Positions 20,391 to 29,766 of a stretch of 64,000 bases of DNA are shown here, one piece after another; position 1 is the stretch's first letter; every line of letters starts with the position of its first letter. The notes beneath the pieces are model-generated. The model saw only the letters and a list, made by a program, of their open reading frames with translations. It was not told where the DNA came from and did not search any database. The DNA is taken from NCBI GenBank assembly GCA_963681965.1, contig OY820579.1, positions 3,040,001 through 3,104,000 on the forward strand, given 5' to 3'. The position numbers were made by a program, and so were the translations under genes. The stretch is from a bacterium. GTDB taxonomy: Bacteria > Electryoneota > JAOADG01.

Positions 20391-21005
20391 CTACTCCCCA
20401 ACAACCGCGACAACCCGACAGGGTGATCCATCCAATTGATCGTAATTCAACGGTAAAGCAAACATAGTGAATTTCCGCGAGGGTAGTAAATCCAGATTCA
20501 CTAAGTGCTCAAGAATTAAGATATCATGTTGAAATAATGCTTTGTGTACTAAATAGGGTAATTGATCCGGAGATGGAGAGTCGATTCCGATCATTTTAAT
20601 TTTCTTCGCGACCAATTTCTCAACCAGTGGTAACCCGATTACCGGGATACTGTCGAAATAATCTTCGGTTCCAACACGTTTGGTGTGATCGGTACGAAAA
20701 ATTGCAAAATCGCCCGCTTCCAATTCATCGACATTCGCATCAATGATCTTCTGACCGCGAACATCGAATAAAATCGCTCGTCCGATAAATTGATCGATCG
20801 AATATTCGGACAGTTTTTTCCCATCCTCCCGAAAATGCCATGGCGCATCGATGTGCGTTCCGAAGTGCGTACTGGTTCTTACTTCATGTTCGTTCCAACC
20901 CTCGACATCGCAACGTGCAACCCGCTTGAATTCCGGCTGTGCCGTTCCGGGGTAAATCGGGGTCACTTCATTCAAAGTCATCGAGAGATCGATATACATC
21001 ATCAC
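20391..21005 (-). CDS. Cyclase family protein (kynurenine formamidase KynB-like)
   Basis: HFGTHIDAPWH, GIDSPSPD, ILEHLVNL, DGSPCRVVA. Confidence 0.9.
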   Translation of the reverse strand: MMMYIDLSMTLNEVTPIYPGTAQPEFKRVARCDVEGWNEHEVRTSTHFGTHIDAPWHFREDGKKLSEYSIDQFIGRAILFDVRGQKIIDANVDELEAGDFAIFRTDHTKRVGTEDYFDSIPVIGLPLVEKLVAKKIKMIGIDSPSPDQLPYLVHKALFQHDILILEHLVNLDLLPSRKFTMFALPLNYDQLDGSPCRVVAVVGE

Positions 21006-21068
21006 AATATCCTATCCTGAATTATTTCATCCACGTAAAAAATATACTGTCAGGTTTCACCCGACTGA

Positions 21069-21091
21069 GGGCGAATGCGATTCGCCCCTAC
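21069..21091 (-). repeat. GTAG-type REP palindrome, inverted copy
   Basis: Reverse complement is GTAGGGGCGAATCGCATTCGCCC. Confidence 0.85.
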
Positions 21092-21149
21092 AAAAAATAA
21101 TACGGCGCAGACAACATGCCTGCGCCGTTTAATAAAGATCGATCGAAGA

Positions 21150-21680
21150 TTATTCGCGGAATTGTTCCGGAATTTCCTCTTCCAGCGCAACCGGTTCTTC
21201 GGCAACGACTGCTTCCGGTTCCGATTGTTCGACGATAGCCTTTACATGGACATGGACCGATGCAGCGACTTCGGAATGAAGCTTCAATTGAACGACATGT
21301 TCGCCAATGGCTTTAATCGGTTCTTCCAGATCCAATTTACGACGGTCGACTTCGATATTCCGCTGTGCTAACATCGCCTGAGCGATATCCGACGACGTCA
21401 CAGCACCGAACATCTTGCCATCGATACCGATTCTCATCGGGATTTCGACTTCGATATGTCCCCATGCAGTCACGGCTTTCAACGCTTCCTTGCGCTGTTT
21501 TTCGCTGCGGATTTTCCAGCTACGGCGATACACATGTGCCAGTGTATTGCGGTTGCCCGGAGTATCGATCATCGCCATACCGCGCGGAATCAAGAAATTG
21601 CGGGCATATCCGTCTTTGACTTCCACTGAATCGCCCGGGACGCCCAGTCGATTCACATCTTGCTTTAATAATACTTTCAT
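21150..21680 (-). CDS. rplI: 50S ribosomal protein L9
   Basis: VKDGYARNFLIP, FGAVT, IKAIG; acidic C-terminal extension. Confidence 0.97.
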   Translation of the reverse strand: MKVLLKQDVNRLGVPGDSVEVKDGYARNFLIPRGMAMIDTPGNRNTLAHVYRRSWKIRSEKQRKEALKAVTAWGHIEVEIPMRIGIDGKMFGAVTSSDIAQAMLAQRNIEVDRRKLDLEEPIKAIGEHVVQLKLHSEVAASVHVHVKAIVEQSEPEAVVAEEPVALEEEIPEQFRE

Positions 21681-21704
21681 ACTCGTTTCACCTCTGGGCT
21701 TGCG

Positions 21705-21938
21705 TTAGCGCGGGTTATCCGACACAAAAGGCAGTAAGCCCATGTGACGCGCTCGTTTGATGGCGATAATCAATTGTCGCTGGTGCCATGCGGTCGAACC
21801 ATTAACGCGACGAGGAATGATCTTGCCTTCTTCCGTAATGTACCGTTGCAGCATCTTCTCGTCTTTGTAGTCGATATAGAAAATGCCTGCTTCGGTGAAA
21901 CGGCACGGTTTCTTCTTGAATGACATCGATTTCTTCAT
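21705..21938 (-). CDS. rpsR: 30S ribosomal protein S18
   Basis: IDYKD, GKIIPRR, AIKRAR..LLPF. Confidence 0.97.
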   Translation of the reverse strand: MKKSMSFKKKPCRFTEAGIFYIDYKDEKMLQRYITEEGKIIPRRVNGSTAWHQRQLIIAIKRARHMGLLPFVSDNPR

Positions 21939-21979
21939 TGCTCACCTTAGCTAGGATCCACTCTCCCGCGGATCTCGGG

Positions 21980-22393
21980 TTACAGATCGTTCGGGTAATC
22001 GGAATTGTGACCGTAACTCGGTTCATCCGATTCCAGAATCGTCACTTCTTTCTTATTCAAAAATTGTATTCGGCGTGCTTTGATTTCGACAACTGTACGA
22101 ATCGAACCGTCGTCGCCGCGTAAATTGCGACTTTGAAGTTCGCCTTCGACCAGTACTGCCGATCCTTTAACCAAATTCGCCGAGCAGTCTTCCGCCAACT
22201 TGTACCAGGCAACAATACCGATAAAGCAGACGTCTTCCTTCCATTGACCCGTATTGTCCCGGAACTTACGATTGGAAGCAATTATAAAATTCGAAACCGG
22301 CGTACCCGTAGTCGTGTGGCGGATCGTCGGATCTTTGATCAGATTCCCGGCGATAAGCACCGTATTTACGTCGGGCATACGCAATTCGGACAT
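21980..22393 (-). CDS. ssb: Single-stranded DNA-binding protein (short form)
   Basis: OB fold (N.V.IAGNL..DP, KGS.VLVEG.L); rpsF-ssb-rpsR synteny. Confidence 0.9.
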   Translation of the reverse strand: MSELRMPDVNTVLIAGNLIKDPTIRHTTTGTPVSNFIIASNRKFRDNTGQWKEDVCFIGIVAWYKLAEDCSANLVKGSAVLVEGELQSRNLRGDDGSIRTVVEIKARRIQFLNKKEVTILESDEPSYGHNSDYPNDL

Positions 22394-22411
22394 GTAACTA
22401 TCGCTTTCCGT

Positions 22412-22864
22412 TTAATTACCCTCGACTGCGATTTTTTCCGCGATTGCTTCGGCTTCTTCTAAATTCTGCGGTCGATCCGGCGCATTTGCCGCATCCGCAC
22501 GAGCTGCTCGGTCTGAAACTTCAGTCGAAAGACGGGATCGAAGCGAATTCTGCTTGTCCATCAACTTGTCCATTCGCGGAGTGATGTAGAGCATCAAATG
22601 ACGAAGAACGCATTCGTTCAGTTTCAAAAGTTGTTCAACTTCTGCAACCGCGTTTGCCATCAGCATCATCGTGACTACAAAGTAAACACCGTGTGTGCGA
22701 CCTTTGATTTCGTATGCAAACCGACGCTTGCCCCAACGATTCCAATCGACAATTTCCGCGCCTTTGCTTTCCAACATCTGGCGGATTTTGTTCGCATTAT
22801 CCTCGATCTGCCCTTCGTCGAGAAGAGCGTCGATGGTAAACATCAACTCATATTTTCGCTTCAT
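22412..22864 (-). CDS. rpsF: 30S ribosomal protein S6
   Basis: KYE, WGKRRFAYEI, VLRH. Confidence 0.95.
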   Translation of the reverse strand: MKRKYELMFTIDALLDEGQIEDNANKIRQMLESKGAEIVDWNRWGKRRFAYEIKGRTHGVYFVVTMMLMANAVAEVEQLLKLNECVLRHLMLYITPRMDKLMDKQNSLRSRLSTEVSDRAARADAANAPDRPQNLEEAEAIAEKIAVEGN

Positions 22865-22940
22865 TCGAAAGCCCCAAAAAAAGGATCAACAGATCGGTAA
22901 AGTCAATTCGTAGAAAATGCCGACCGGACAAACAATAAAC

Positions 22941-23537
22941 TTATAAAGACGAATCGCTATCGGTTTGAACTCGATTAAATTGATTCATCGCAACCACGAT
23001 ACCGGACTTAATGTAACATTCGACCGCTTGCACCGCACGATCGGAAATCTCGTCGATCGTTTTCCGCAGATCATCGGGTGGCGCCGAGAGCACCTTGTTG
23101 ACAAGATTACCGCTAACCCCATCCGCAGGACGAATACCCAGTCGAAGCCGGTTGAATACTTGCGTACCGAGACATTCAATTATCGATCGCACACCTTTGT
23201 GCCCACCATCGCTACCACTCCGCCGAATGCGAAGTGAACCGAGTTTTAAATCGTGGTCGTCGTAAATTACAAAGAGCTGTGATGGATCGCCGTTAAAAAA
23301 ATTTAAAACATCTGCAACAGCATGACCCGATAAATTCATGAAAGTGGTCGGTTTAACTAAAAGTACCGAAGAACCTTCCCACTCCCCTTTCGCGTAATGA
23401 TAGTCGCTTCGACCGGATCGAAAACTCAAAGCGGCGTTTCCTGCAAACCGATCGACGATCCAAAAACCCGCATTGTGCCAAGTATCGCGATATCGGTTTC
23501 CGGGGTTGCCTAAACCAACGATAATCGCAGTCGACAA
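22941..23537 (-). CDS. pth: Peptidyl-tRNA hydrolase
   Basis: VGLGNPG, HNAGF, KPTTFMNLSG, GSDGGH.G. Confidence 0.95.
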   Translation of the reverse strand: MSTAIIVGLGNPGNRYRDTWHNAGFWIVDRFAGNAALSFRSGRSDYHYAKGEWEGSSVLLVKPTTFMNLSGHAVADVLNFFNGDPSQLFVIYDDHDLKLGSLRIRRSGSDGGHKGVRSIIECLGTQVFNRLRLGIRPADGVSGNLVNKVLSAPPDDLRKTIDEISDRAVQAVECYIKSGIVVAMNQFNRVQTDSDSSL

Positions 23538-23552
23538 CGGTAGTACGCTCTC

Positions 23553-24170
23553 TTATTCTTCCTTCTTACGTTCAGTGATCACTTCCGGAGCGGCAACTGT
23601 TTCAGTTGCAGGCTTTTCTTCCTGATGCTTGGCAGCATGAATAACGACAACGGTATCATCCGGATCGTCAATCAATCTTACACCAGCAGGCAAAGCAATC
23701 GAAGAAGCGTGAAGTTTTTCGTTCAGTTTCAGATTGGTGATATCGATTTCAATCTTGTCGGGAGCATCCAAAGGATTGGCTTCGATTTCGATGTGGTGCT
23801 TGATCTGTTCCAGCACTCCGCCATTCTTTACGCCTTCCGCAGTTCCTTTAATGTGAATCGGAAGGGACAATCGAATCAATTTTCCGGCTTCGACGATTTC
23901 GAGGTCGATGTGAACCAATGCTCCAGTCACCGGATGGCGCTGAAGGTCGCGAACGACGCAAGTTTTATCCAAACCGCCGATCAGTTTCAACATCGTCGGG
24001 TGTTTCAGCAGCGTAAACCGCAACTTATTCGCATCCATGGTGATGGGAGTCCCGCTACTACCTTTGTCACCATAAATAATACCGGGTACTTTTCCTGCGG
24101 CACGGGCGGTTCTTGCAGCCCCTTTGCCAATACCGTTTCGTAATTCGACTGCAATTTCCAAAACTGACAT
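23553..24170 (-). CDS. rplY: 50S ribosomal protein L25/CTC
   Basis: GKGAAR...G.VPGIIYG, Q.HPV...HIDL, GVK.GG. Confidence 0.95.
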   Translation of the reverse strand: MSVLEIAVELRNGIGKGAARTARAAGKVPGIIYGDKGSSGTPITMDANKLRFTLLKHPTMLKLIGGLDKTCVVRDLQRHPVTGALVHIDLEIVEAGKLIRLSLPIHIKGTAEGVKNGGVLEQIKHHIEIEANPLDAPDKIEIDITNLKLNEKLHASSIALPAGVRLIDDPDDTVVVIHAAKHQEEKPATETVAAPEVITERKKEE

Positions 24171-24267
24171 TTTACTTTCCTATCTCCCAACACCCGTGCC
24201 AGAAATTATTGTCTGCCAGGGAATGATTAGCGTGATCTCGATTAGATTTTCAAAAACCGGATCGGTA

Positions 24268-25215
24268 TTAAGATCTATTATAGTCGAACATCGAACTGAT
24301 CGATCGATCTTCATGTGTACAGAGTATCGCTTCGGCAAATTCACCGGCTACCGATGCTACGTGGACCCATTCCGGAATACCTTTCGGCAAATTCAGCGGT
24401 AATGTATCGGTCACGTGAAGCGCATCGATTTTAGAAGCTTCCAATCGATCGATTGCGTCGCCGGATAAAACCGCATGGGTACAAGCAACTTGAACGGAAT
24501 TGGCTCCGGCTCCGCGAATCGCCGTGATTGCCGCCGCCATTGTACCTGCTGTGTCGATAATGTCGTCGATTAGTACGACATTCTTGCCATTCACGTCGCC
24601 TAAAATATTCATCGCTTCGGCAACATTATGTGCAGCACGCCGCTTGTCGACGATCGCCAGATCGGCATCGAGACGTTTGGCATAAGCCCGGGCAATTTTC
24701 ATATTGCCCAAATCCGGAGAAACGATACACAAACGTTCAATCTTTTGCCGGCGGATGATATCGGTAAAAACCCGAGCCGCATACAAGTGATCGACCGGAA
24801 TGTTAAAGAACCCTTGAATCTGCGACGCATGCAAATCCATTGCCAAAACGCGATCGGCTCCTGCCGTGGAAATCAATTCGGCAATTAATCTTGCCGAAAT
24901 CGCTACACGCGGTTGATCTTTTCGATCTTGCCGGGCGTACCCAAAATACGGAACGACCGCAGTGATTCGGTCTGCCGAAGCCCGTTTTGCAGCATCGATC
25001 ATCAGCAACAATTCCAAAAGATGATCGGCTGGAGGATTAGTCGGTTGAACGATGAAGACATCGTTACCGCGAATATTCTCGGCGAATTTGACCCAAATTT
25101 CGCCATCAGCAAACCGCTTGATCTCGCATTCGCCTAGTCGTACACCTGCCAAAGTGGCAACTCGTCTGGCAAATTCGGGATTCGCAGTACCCGTGAATAT
25201 CTTCAGTTCCTGCAT
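24268..25215 (-). CDS. prs: Ribose-phosphate pyrophosphokinase
   Basis: FADGE, PYFGYARQDRK, DLHASQIQGFF, DDIIDTAGT. Confidence 0.98.
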   Translation of the reverse strand: MQELKIFTGTANPEFARRVATLAGVRLGECEIKRFADGEIWVKFAENIRGNDVFIVQPTNPPADHLLELLLMIDAAKRASADRITAVVPYFGYARQDRKDQPRVAISARLIAELISTAGADRVLAMDLHASQIQGFFNIPVDHLYAARVFTDIIRRQKIERLCIVSPDLGNMKIARAYAKRLDADLAIVDKRRAAHNVAEAMNILGDVNGKNVVLIDDIIDTAGTMAAAITAIRGAGANSVQVACTHAVLSGDAIDRLEASKIDALHVTDTLPLNLPKGIPEWVHVASVAGEFAEAILCTHEDRSISSMFDYNRS

Positions 25216-25240
25216 ATCGCCGTACTCGAGTGGTTATTTG

Positions 25241-25312
25241 CTGGGGCGGAGGGATTCGAACCCCCGGATGCGGGGACCAAAACCCCGTGCCTTACCACTT
25301 GGCGACACCCCA
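25241..25312 (-). tRNA. tRNA-Gln(TTG)
   Basis: TGGGGTGTCGCCAAGTGGTAAGGCACGGGGTTTTGGTCCCCGCATCCGGGGGTTCGAATCCCTCCGCCCCAG; usual ispE-tRNA-Gln-prs position. Confidence 0.96.
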
Positions 25313-25319
25313 AAAAGCA

Positions 25320-25607
25320 TTATTCAGCCTCGTAAGAAATTCCATCGGGATCATCAATCAACTTCTGATGATATGTATCTAAAATCATCGCTTCCAGCTC
25401 TTGACGGAATTCGTTCGAAATGGGATGAGCGATATCCTTGTAAGTTCCATCCGGCATTTTTCGAGATGGCATGCAGACAAACAGACCCTGATTGCCTTGG
25501 ATGACTTTCAGTCCACGTACGACGAAGACATCATCCAACGTGATGTTGACGAATGCTTTTAAGCGATCTTCTTGTCGAAGATTGACATTTATCTCAGTGA
25601 CTTTCAC
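25320..25607 (-). CDS. spoVG: SpoVG family nucleic-acid-binding protein
   Basis: LKAF..IT.DD.FVV..LKVI.G..GLFV.MPSRK...G.YKDIAHPI. Confidence 0.95.
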   Translation of the reverse strand: MKVTEINVNLRQEDRLKAFVNITLDDVFVVRGLKVIQGNQGLFVCMPSRKMPDGTYKDIAHPISNEFRQELEAMILDTYHQKLIDDPDGISYEAE

Positions 25608-26494
25608 GCATCACCACATATTTTGTTTGTTTGCACTCCCCGTGACACCGGTTCGGTAACCCAAACTTGTCCGGGAAGTTGCCAAACCGCACACGAGGCT
25701 TCGCACGCGGATTTATCGGTAAAGTAAGCGATCTGACAACTCCCGCTTCCGCTAAGAGAAATCCAACGGGCGCCATGATCGAGCCAAAATTCAATCGCGC
25801 GATTCCACTCCGGAATGCGCGGTGCAACGACTTCTTCGAAATCATTGACGATTGATTCCTCTTTCCACCAGCAACCGGTGGAAAGAAAACGATCGTATAA
25901 GATAAGCGTAGGCTCATCCGGAGTCAAGCTACGACCGAGTAACCGGTAAGCCTCGCTCGTCGAAACACCCACTCCAGGATACCAAATCGCAAAGGCACCG
26001 GATACGGTTCGCGGAACATCCCGCAAACATTCACCTCGTCCACTTGCCTGCTGAAGCCCGCCGCGAATGAAAAAGGGACAATCGCTGCCAATACTTGCTG
26101 AAAAACGCTCTAATTCAATATCGGTACAAGGGGAATCGAATAATTGATTGATCCCAACCAATATTCCAGCAGCATCGGCTGAACCACCACCCAATCCCCC
26201 CCCTGGAGGAATAATTTTGTTCAAATGTATGCGAAACAGTAGCGGTTTACCTAAGTACTCACAGAGTTTCCGAGCTGCTTTCACGACGAGATTGGTTTCA
26301 TCCAATGGAACATCCCACTGTCCACTCGCAGAGAATGAAAAAACGTCTGCTTCTTCGATCGATAAATCATCGAACATAGATATCGATTGAAATAATGTAT
26401 CGAGATTGTGATAACCATCTGGTCGGCGGTTGAAAACCCGCAATCCAATATTAATTTTCGCCGGAACTGTCACTTTGATCGTTTGGTTATGCAT
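25604..26494 (-). CDS. ispE: 4-diphosphocytidyl-2-C-methyl-D-erythritol kinase
   Basis: PAKINIGL, DGYH, GGGLGGGSADA, GSDCPFF, LSGSGS. Confidence 0.95.
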   Translation of the reverse strand: MHNQTIKVTVPAKINIGLRVFNRRPDGYHNLDTLFQSISMFDDLSIEEADVFSFSASGQWDVPLDETNLVVKAARKLCEYLGKPLLFRIHLNKIIPPGGGLGGGSADAAGILVGINQLFDSPCTDIELERFSASIGSDCPFFIRGGLQQASGRGECLRDVPRTVSGAFAIWYPGVGVSTSEAYRLLGRSLTPDEPTLILYDRFLSTGCWWKEESIVNDFEEVVAPRIPEWNRAIEFWLDHGARWISLSGSGSCQIAYFTDKSACEASCAVWQLPGQVWVTEPVSRGVQTNKICGDA

Positions 26495-26583
26495 TGCCTC
26501 TAGTTCCTGTTCCACTTAAGTATTGATTGCGCAAAAACGGGGCGAATAATTCGCCCCGCTTTCTAAATTGATCACTGGAAAAG

Positions 26584-28893
26584 CTACGCCTTCTTCTCTT
26601 CGTTCGCTTCGCGAGAGACACGCACGGGTACTGACTTCTTCTTCTCCCCACGGCTTCCGTAATAGTAGTAGTAATGATAGTAGTGATAGTAGTAATAATA
26701 CGATCCATAAACTCGCTTGATATCCAAACCGTTCAACACAACACCGGTTAGTTTCACACCGATACTTCTTAGAATCGAAATACAGCGTTGCACTTCACGT
26801 TTCGAGATGTAACCGGAGTGGGTTACCAGAATGCAACTGTCGGCAATTCGCGCCAGAATCGAGGCATCGGTAACAGCAATCAACGGAGGACTATCAAGAA
26901 CGATGATATCGTACTCGGCACGCAGGCGATCCAACAACGCCAGGAATGCATCCGAAGCAATGATTTCCGCCGGATTCGGTGGTACTTCACCGCAAGTCAA
27001 GATTTCCAAATTATGAATGTCGGTCGGTTTTAAAGCTTGATCCAGTGTAATCGTTCCCAAAAGAATATCGGTTACACCGTGATGGCGATCCAATCGGAAA
27101 TTCTTGTGCAGCGATGGACGTCGGAAGTCGGCATCGATCAACAGCGTCTTCATTCCAGCGCTGGCGATCGTGATCGCTAGATTCGATGCGGTAGTGGTCT
27201 TTCCTTCTTTCGTAGTGGCACTGGTCAGCAAAATAACTTGTTTCTTTTTGTCGAGATTCGCGAATAACAAATTCGTTCTTAACGCGCGATACGCTTCCGA
27301 AATCGGCGACTTAGGCGAGAAAGAGGTGATCAATCGAGTCTCGAGTTTGTCCCAAACCCGATCGTCGATCGATTTTCCTTCGCGACTTAACTTGCGCATA
27401 ATCTCTTCAAGATTGATGTACGGAATCGTTCCGATAATTTGGACACCAATCCGTTCCACGTCTTCAACGGTTCGAATCGAATTGTCGGAAAATTCAATCA
27501 ACAGCGATGCCGAAACACCGATCAACAAACCGAGGATCATACCGATAATAATATTGGCGCGTTTGTTCGGTTTTACCGGTGATCGCGGGGGTTTCGCTTC
27601 GTCGATGATGCGAATTTTGGCACCGCGTCCAGCTTCGGCAATGCGGGATTCTTCGTACTTTTCCTTCAACATCAAATACAATTTTTCGTTGAGTTGGGAA
27701 TCGCGCGTCAACCGTGCCAGCATCAACGATTTTTCCGGTAATACTTCTAGTTTCGCATCGTAGCCGTCGACGATCGTACGCAGTGCTTCGGCTTTGGCGG
27801 ACAACGATTTAATTTCGATTTCTACGCTAAGAATATTGTCATACAAGCGCTGAGTTGTACCCAGAGGATCACCGGAACCCATCGTGTTCGCAGCATACTT
27901 CCGGGTTTCTTCCTTCAACCGATCCTTGATCGTTTTGATCTCGTTTTCCAATGCCCGCGAAGTAATATCGGCACCGGGAGCGCCACGTCCCTGAATTGAG
28001 GCGAGTTGCGTCTGTTTGTCGGCGAGTTCTTTCATCAACGACTGAATCAATGGCGACGAAATCGAGCTGATATCTTCCACCAAATTCATTTTCGTATCGG
28101 ATAGTTCTTTCCGCAAATAATCCAATCGACGCAAGTTGGCATTCAAATCGGTTTCAGTTGAAGCTAGATCGGACCGGAATGTAGAAGATTGCTCGACTAA
28201 TTTACGGGTCTCTTCGTCCAGTGCCGGAATACGTTCTTCTTCTTGATAGTGTCGCTGGGCTTCCTCACTGGATGCCAAGCGAACGCGAACTTTATCCAAT
28301 TCGTCTTCTAAGAATTTTCGGACTTCGCTGACTTCGCCGCGCGATGCGTTTAAACTCTGTTCGTAGTAGGTTTGCGCAACTAGATTGGTCAAATACGACG
28401 CTTCGAATGAACTCGCACCTGTTACTTTAATGCGAACTACATCGTTGTCGTGAAAACTCGAAACACTAATTCGGCTCCGAAGCTCACCGACCTTATCATC
28501 GAAATTTGCATTGGATTGAATCAGTGAGATTTCTTGTCGATAGGGGGAAACATCGAGTTTCTTGACAACTTCTTCGGCAAGTGTCCGCGATTTTATCAAT
28601 TCGATTTCGTTTTTGATCCGATTCGAAAGTTGATTCGTTCCGGCAACAGCTAGCAGCGGAAGCGATTGATCCATTGCACTGGCACCTTCGACCAAAATCG
28701 AAGTATCGGTTTCGTAGACCGGATCCATACGAGATGTAAAAATCGCAGTAGAAGTAACGACTACGACAAACGATAAAAAGATGATCCACCGACCGCGGAA
28801 CAGCGCGCGAGTAACTCGCGACCAGTCCAGTGTACTGAATTCTTTTTCCTGTTCACTCTGTTGTTCGGGGACAAACTCGGAAGTCTGCAACAA
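26584..28893 (-). CDS. Wzc/GumC polysaccharide co-polymerase with BY-kinase domain
   Basis: Two TM segments around coiled coils; EAYR.LRTN, EGKTT, LIDAD.R.P, DSPP; C-terminal Tyr cluster. Confidence 0.93.
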   Translation of the reverse strand: MLQTSEFVPEQQSEQEKEFSTLDWSRVTRALFRGRWIIFLSFVVVVTSTAIFTSRMDPVYETDTSILVEGASAMDQSLPLLAVAGTNQLSNRIKNEIELIKSRTLAEEVVKKLDVSPYRQEISLIQSNANFDDKVGELRSRISVSSFHDNDVVRIKVTGASSFEASYLTNLVAQTYYEQSLNASRGEVSEVRKFLEDELDKVRVRLASSEEAQRHYQEEERIPALDEETRKLVEQSSTFRSDLASTETDLNANLRRLDYLRKELSDTKMNLVEDISSISSPLIQSLMKELADKQTQLASIQGRGAPGADITSRALENEIKTIKDRLKEETRKYAANTMGSGDPLGTTQRLYDNILSVEIEIKSLSAKAEALRTIVDGYDAKLEVLPEKSLMLARLTRDSQLNEKLYLMLKEKYEESRIAEAGRGAKIRIIDEAKPPRSPVKPNKRANIIIGMILGLLIGVSASLLIEFSDNSIRTVEDVERIGVQIIGTIPYINLEEIMRKLSREGKSIDDRVWDKLETRLITSFSPKSPISEAYRALRTNLLFANLDKKKQVILLTSATTKEGKTTTASNLAITIASAGMKTLLIDADFRRPSLHKNFRLDRHHGVTDILLGTITLDQALKPTDIHNLEILTCGEVPPNPAEIIASDAFLALLDRLRAEYDIIVLDSPPLIAVTDASILARIADSCILVTHSGYISKREVQRCISILRSIGVKLTGVVLNGLDIKRVYGSYYYYYHYYHYYYYYGSRGEKKKSVPVRVSREANEEKKA

Positions 28894-28902
28894 GTTTCCT
28901 CC

Positions 28903-29619
28903 TTAAGAACGCAACTCGACGATCGATTTTGGAAATTCAACGAATAGTGCTTCGGCACGATCGCGATTCGTCCATTTAACAACTTGATGATAAGCCGATT
29001 GTAATCCGAGCGGACGGTGATCGTCATTGTGTCCATCGGAAGCCACTAAATCGGCTAGTCCTTTTTTAACGAGCATTTTTGCGACTTTCTGGATTTTTTC
29101 ACCAAAATCGCCGCGAATTGATCCAGCATTAATCTGTAGGAAAGCGCCATTTTCCTTGAGTTTTCGATATTCCGATTCAGAATCGATAATTTTGATATAT
29201 CGTTCCGGGTGCGCTACCACTACTTTTAATCCATTTGTGACCGTACGTCGAATTACTTCCTTGTAATTCGGGTGGTAATCGTACATCGGAAATTCGACCA
29301 GACACACTTTTCCAATACCGCTGTAAGTACCGCATGGATATCGGGTAAAAGCTAGTAAATCAGGCATGAGATAAATCTCACCGCCTCGAATCACTTCGAT
29401 TCGTAAATTCCACTCTTGGATTTTGGAACAACCTTCCAAAAATCGCTGCTCGATCTTTTGAAAGCTGTCGATATTCTCGCCCGACATCAAATGCGGAGTC
29501 CATGCGATCGTGGAAGTTCCTTCGTTGATCGCTTGGGTTAGCATTTGCAGCGTCATACCCCAAGACTTGCTTCCATCATCTATGCCGGGAAATATATGAC
29601 TGTGGAGATCAATCATCAA
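28903..29619 (-). CDS. CpsB/CapC PHP-family tyrosine phosphatase
   Basis: DLHSHI.PGIDDG, TPH, AHPERY, ASDGH. Confidence 0.93.
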   Translation of the reverse strand: MMIDLHSHIFPGIDDGSKSWGMTLQMLTQAINEGTSTIAWTPHLMSGENIDSFQKIEQRFLEGCSKIQEWNLRIEVIRGGEIYLMPDLLAFTRYPCGTYSGIGKVCLVEFPMYDYHPNYKEVIRRTVTNGLKVVVAHPERYIKIIDSESEYRKLKENGAFLQINAGSIRGDFGEKIQKVAKMLVKKGLADLVASDGHNDDHRPLGLQSAYHQVVKWTNRDRAEALFVEFPKSIVELRS

Positions 29620-29766
29620 ATTAATTTCTTTCCATGATAATCAAAGACTTAGATCATCCGCAGTCTTTTCACTCAGTTTACCGCAAACAATAAATATAGT
29701 ATAATTTTAACAAATCTACTCAAACGACATTTTGAATCGGGAAAGTCAACGCAAATGTGACTGAAA

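Noticed and set aside
25320-25607. spoVG as evidence of sporulation
   Set aside because: SpoVG is widespread in non-sporulating bacteria in this same ispE/prs neighbourhood.
27104-27763. 219-aa plus-strand ORF (also 12983..13444, 41860..42360 and 59416..60135)
   Set aside because: Antisense or alternate-frame shadows of confidently assigned genes.
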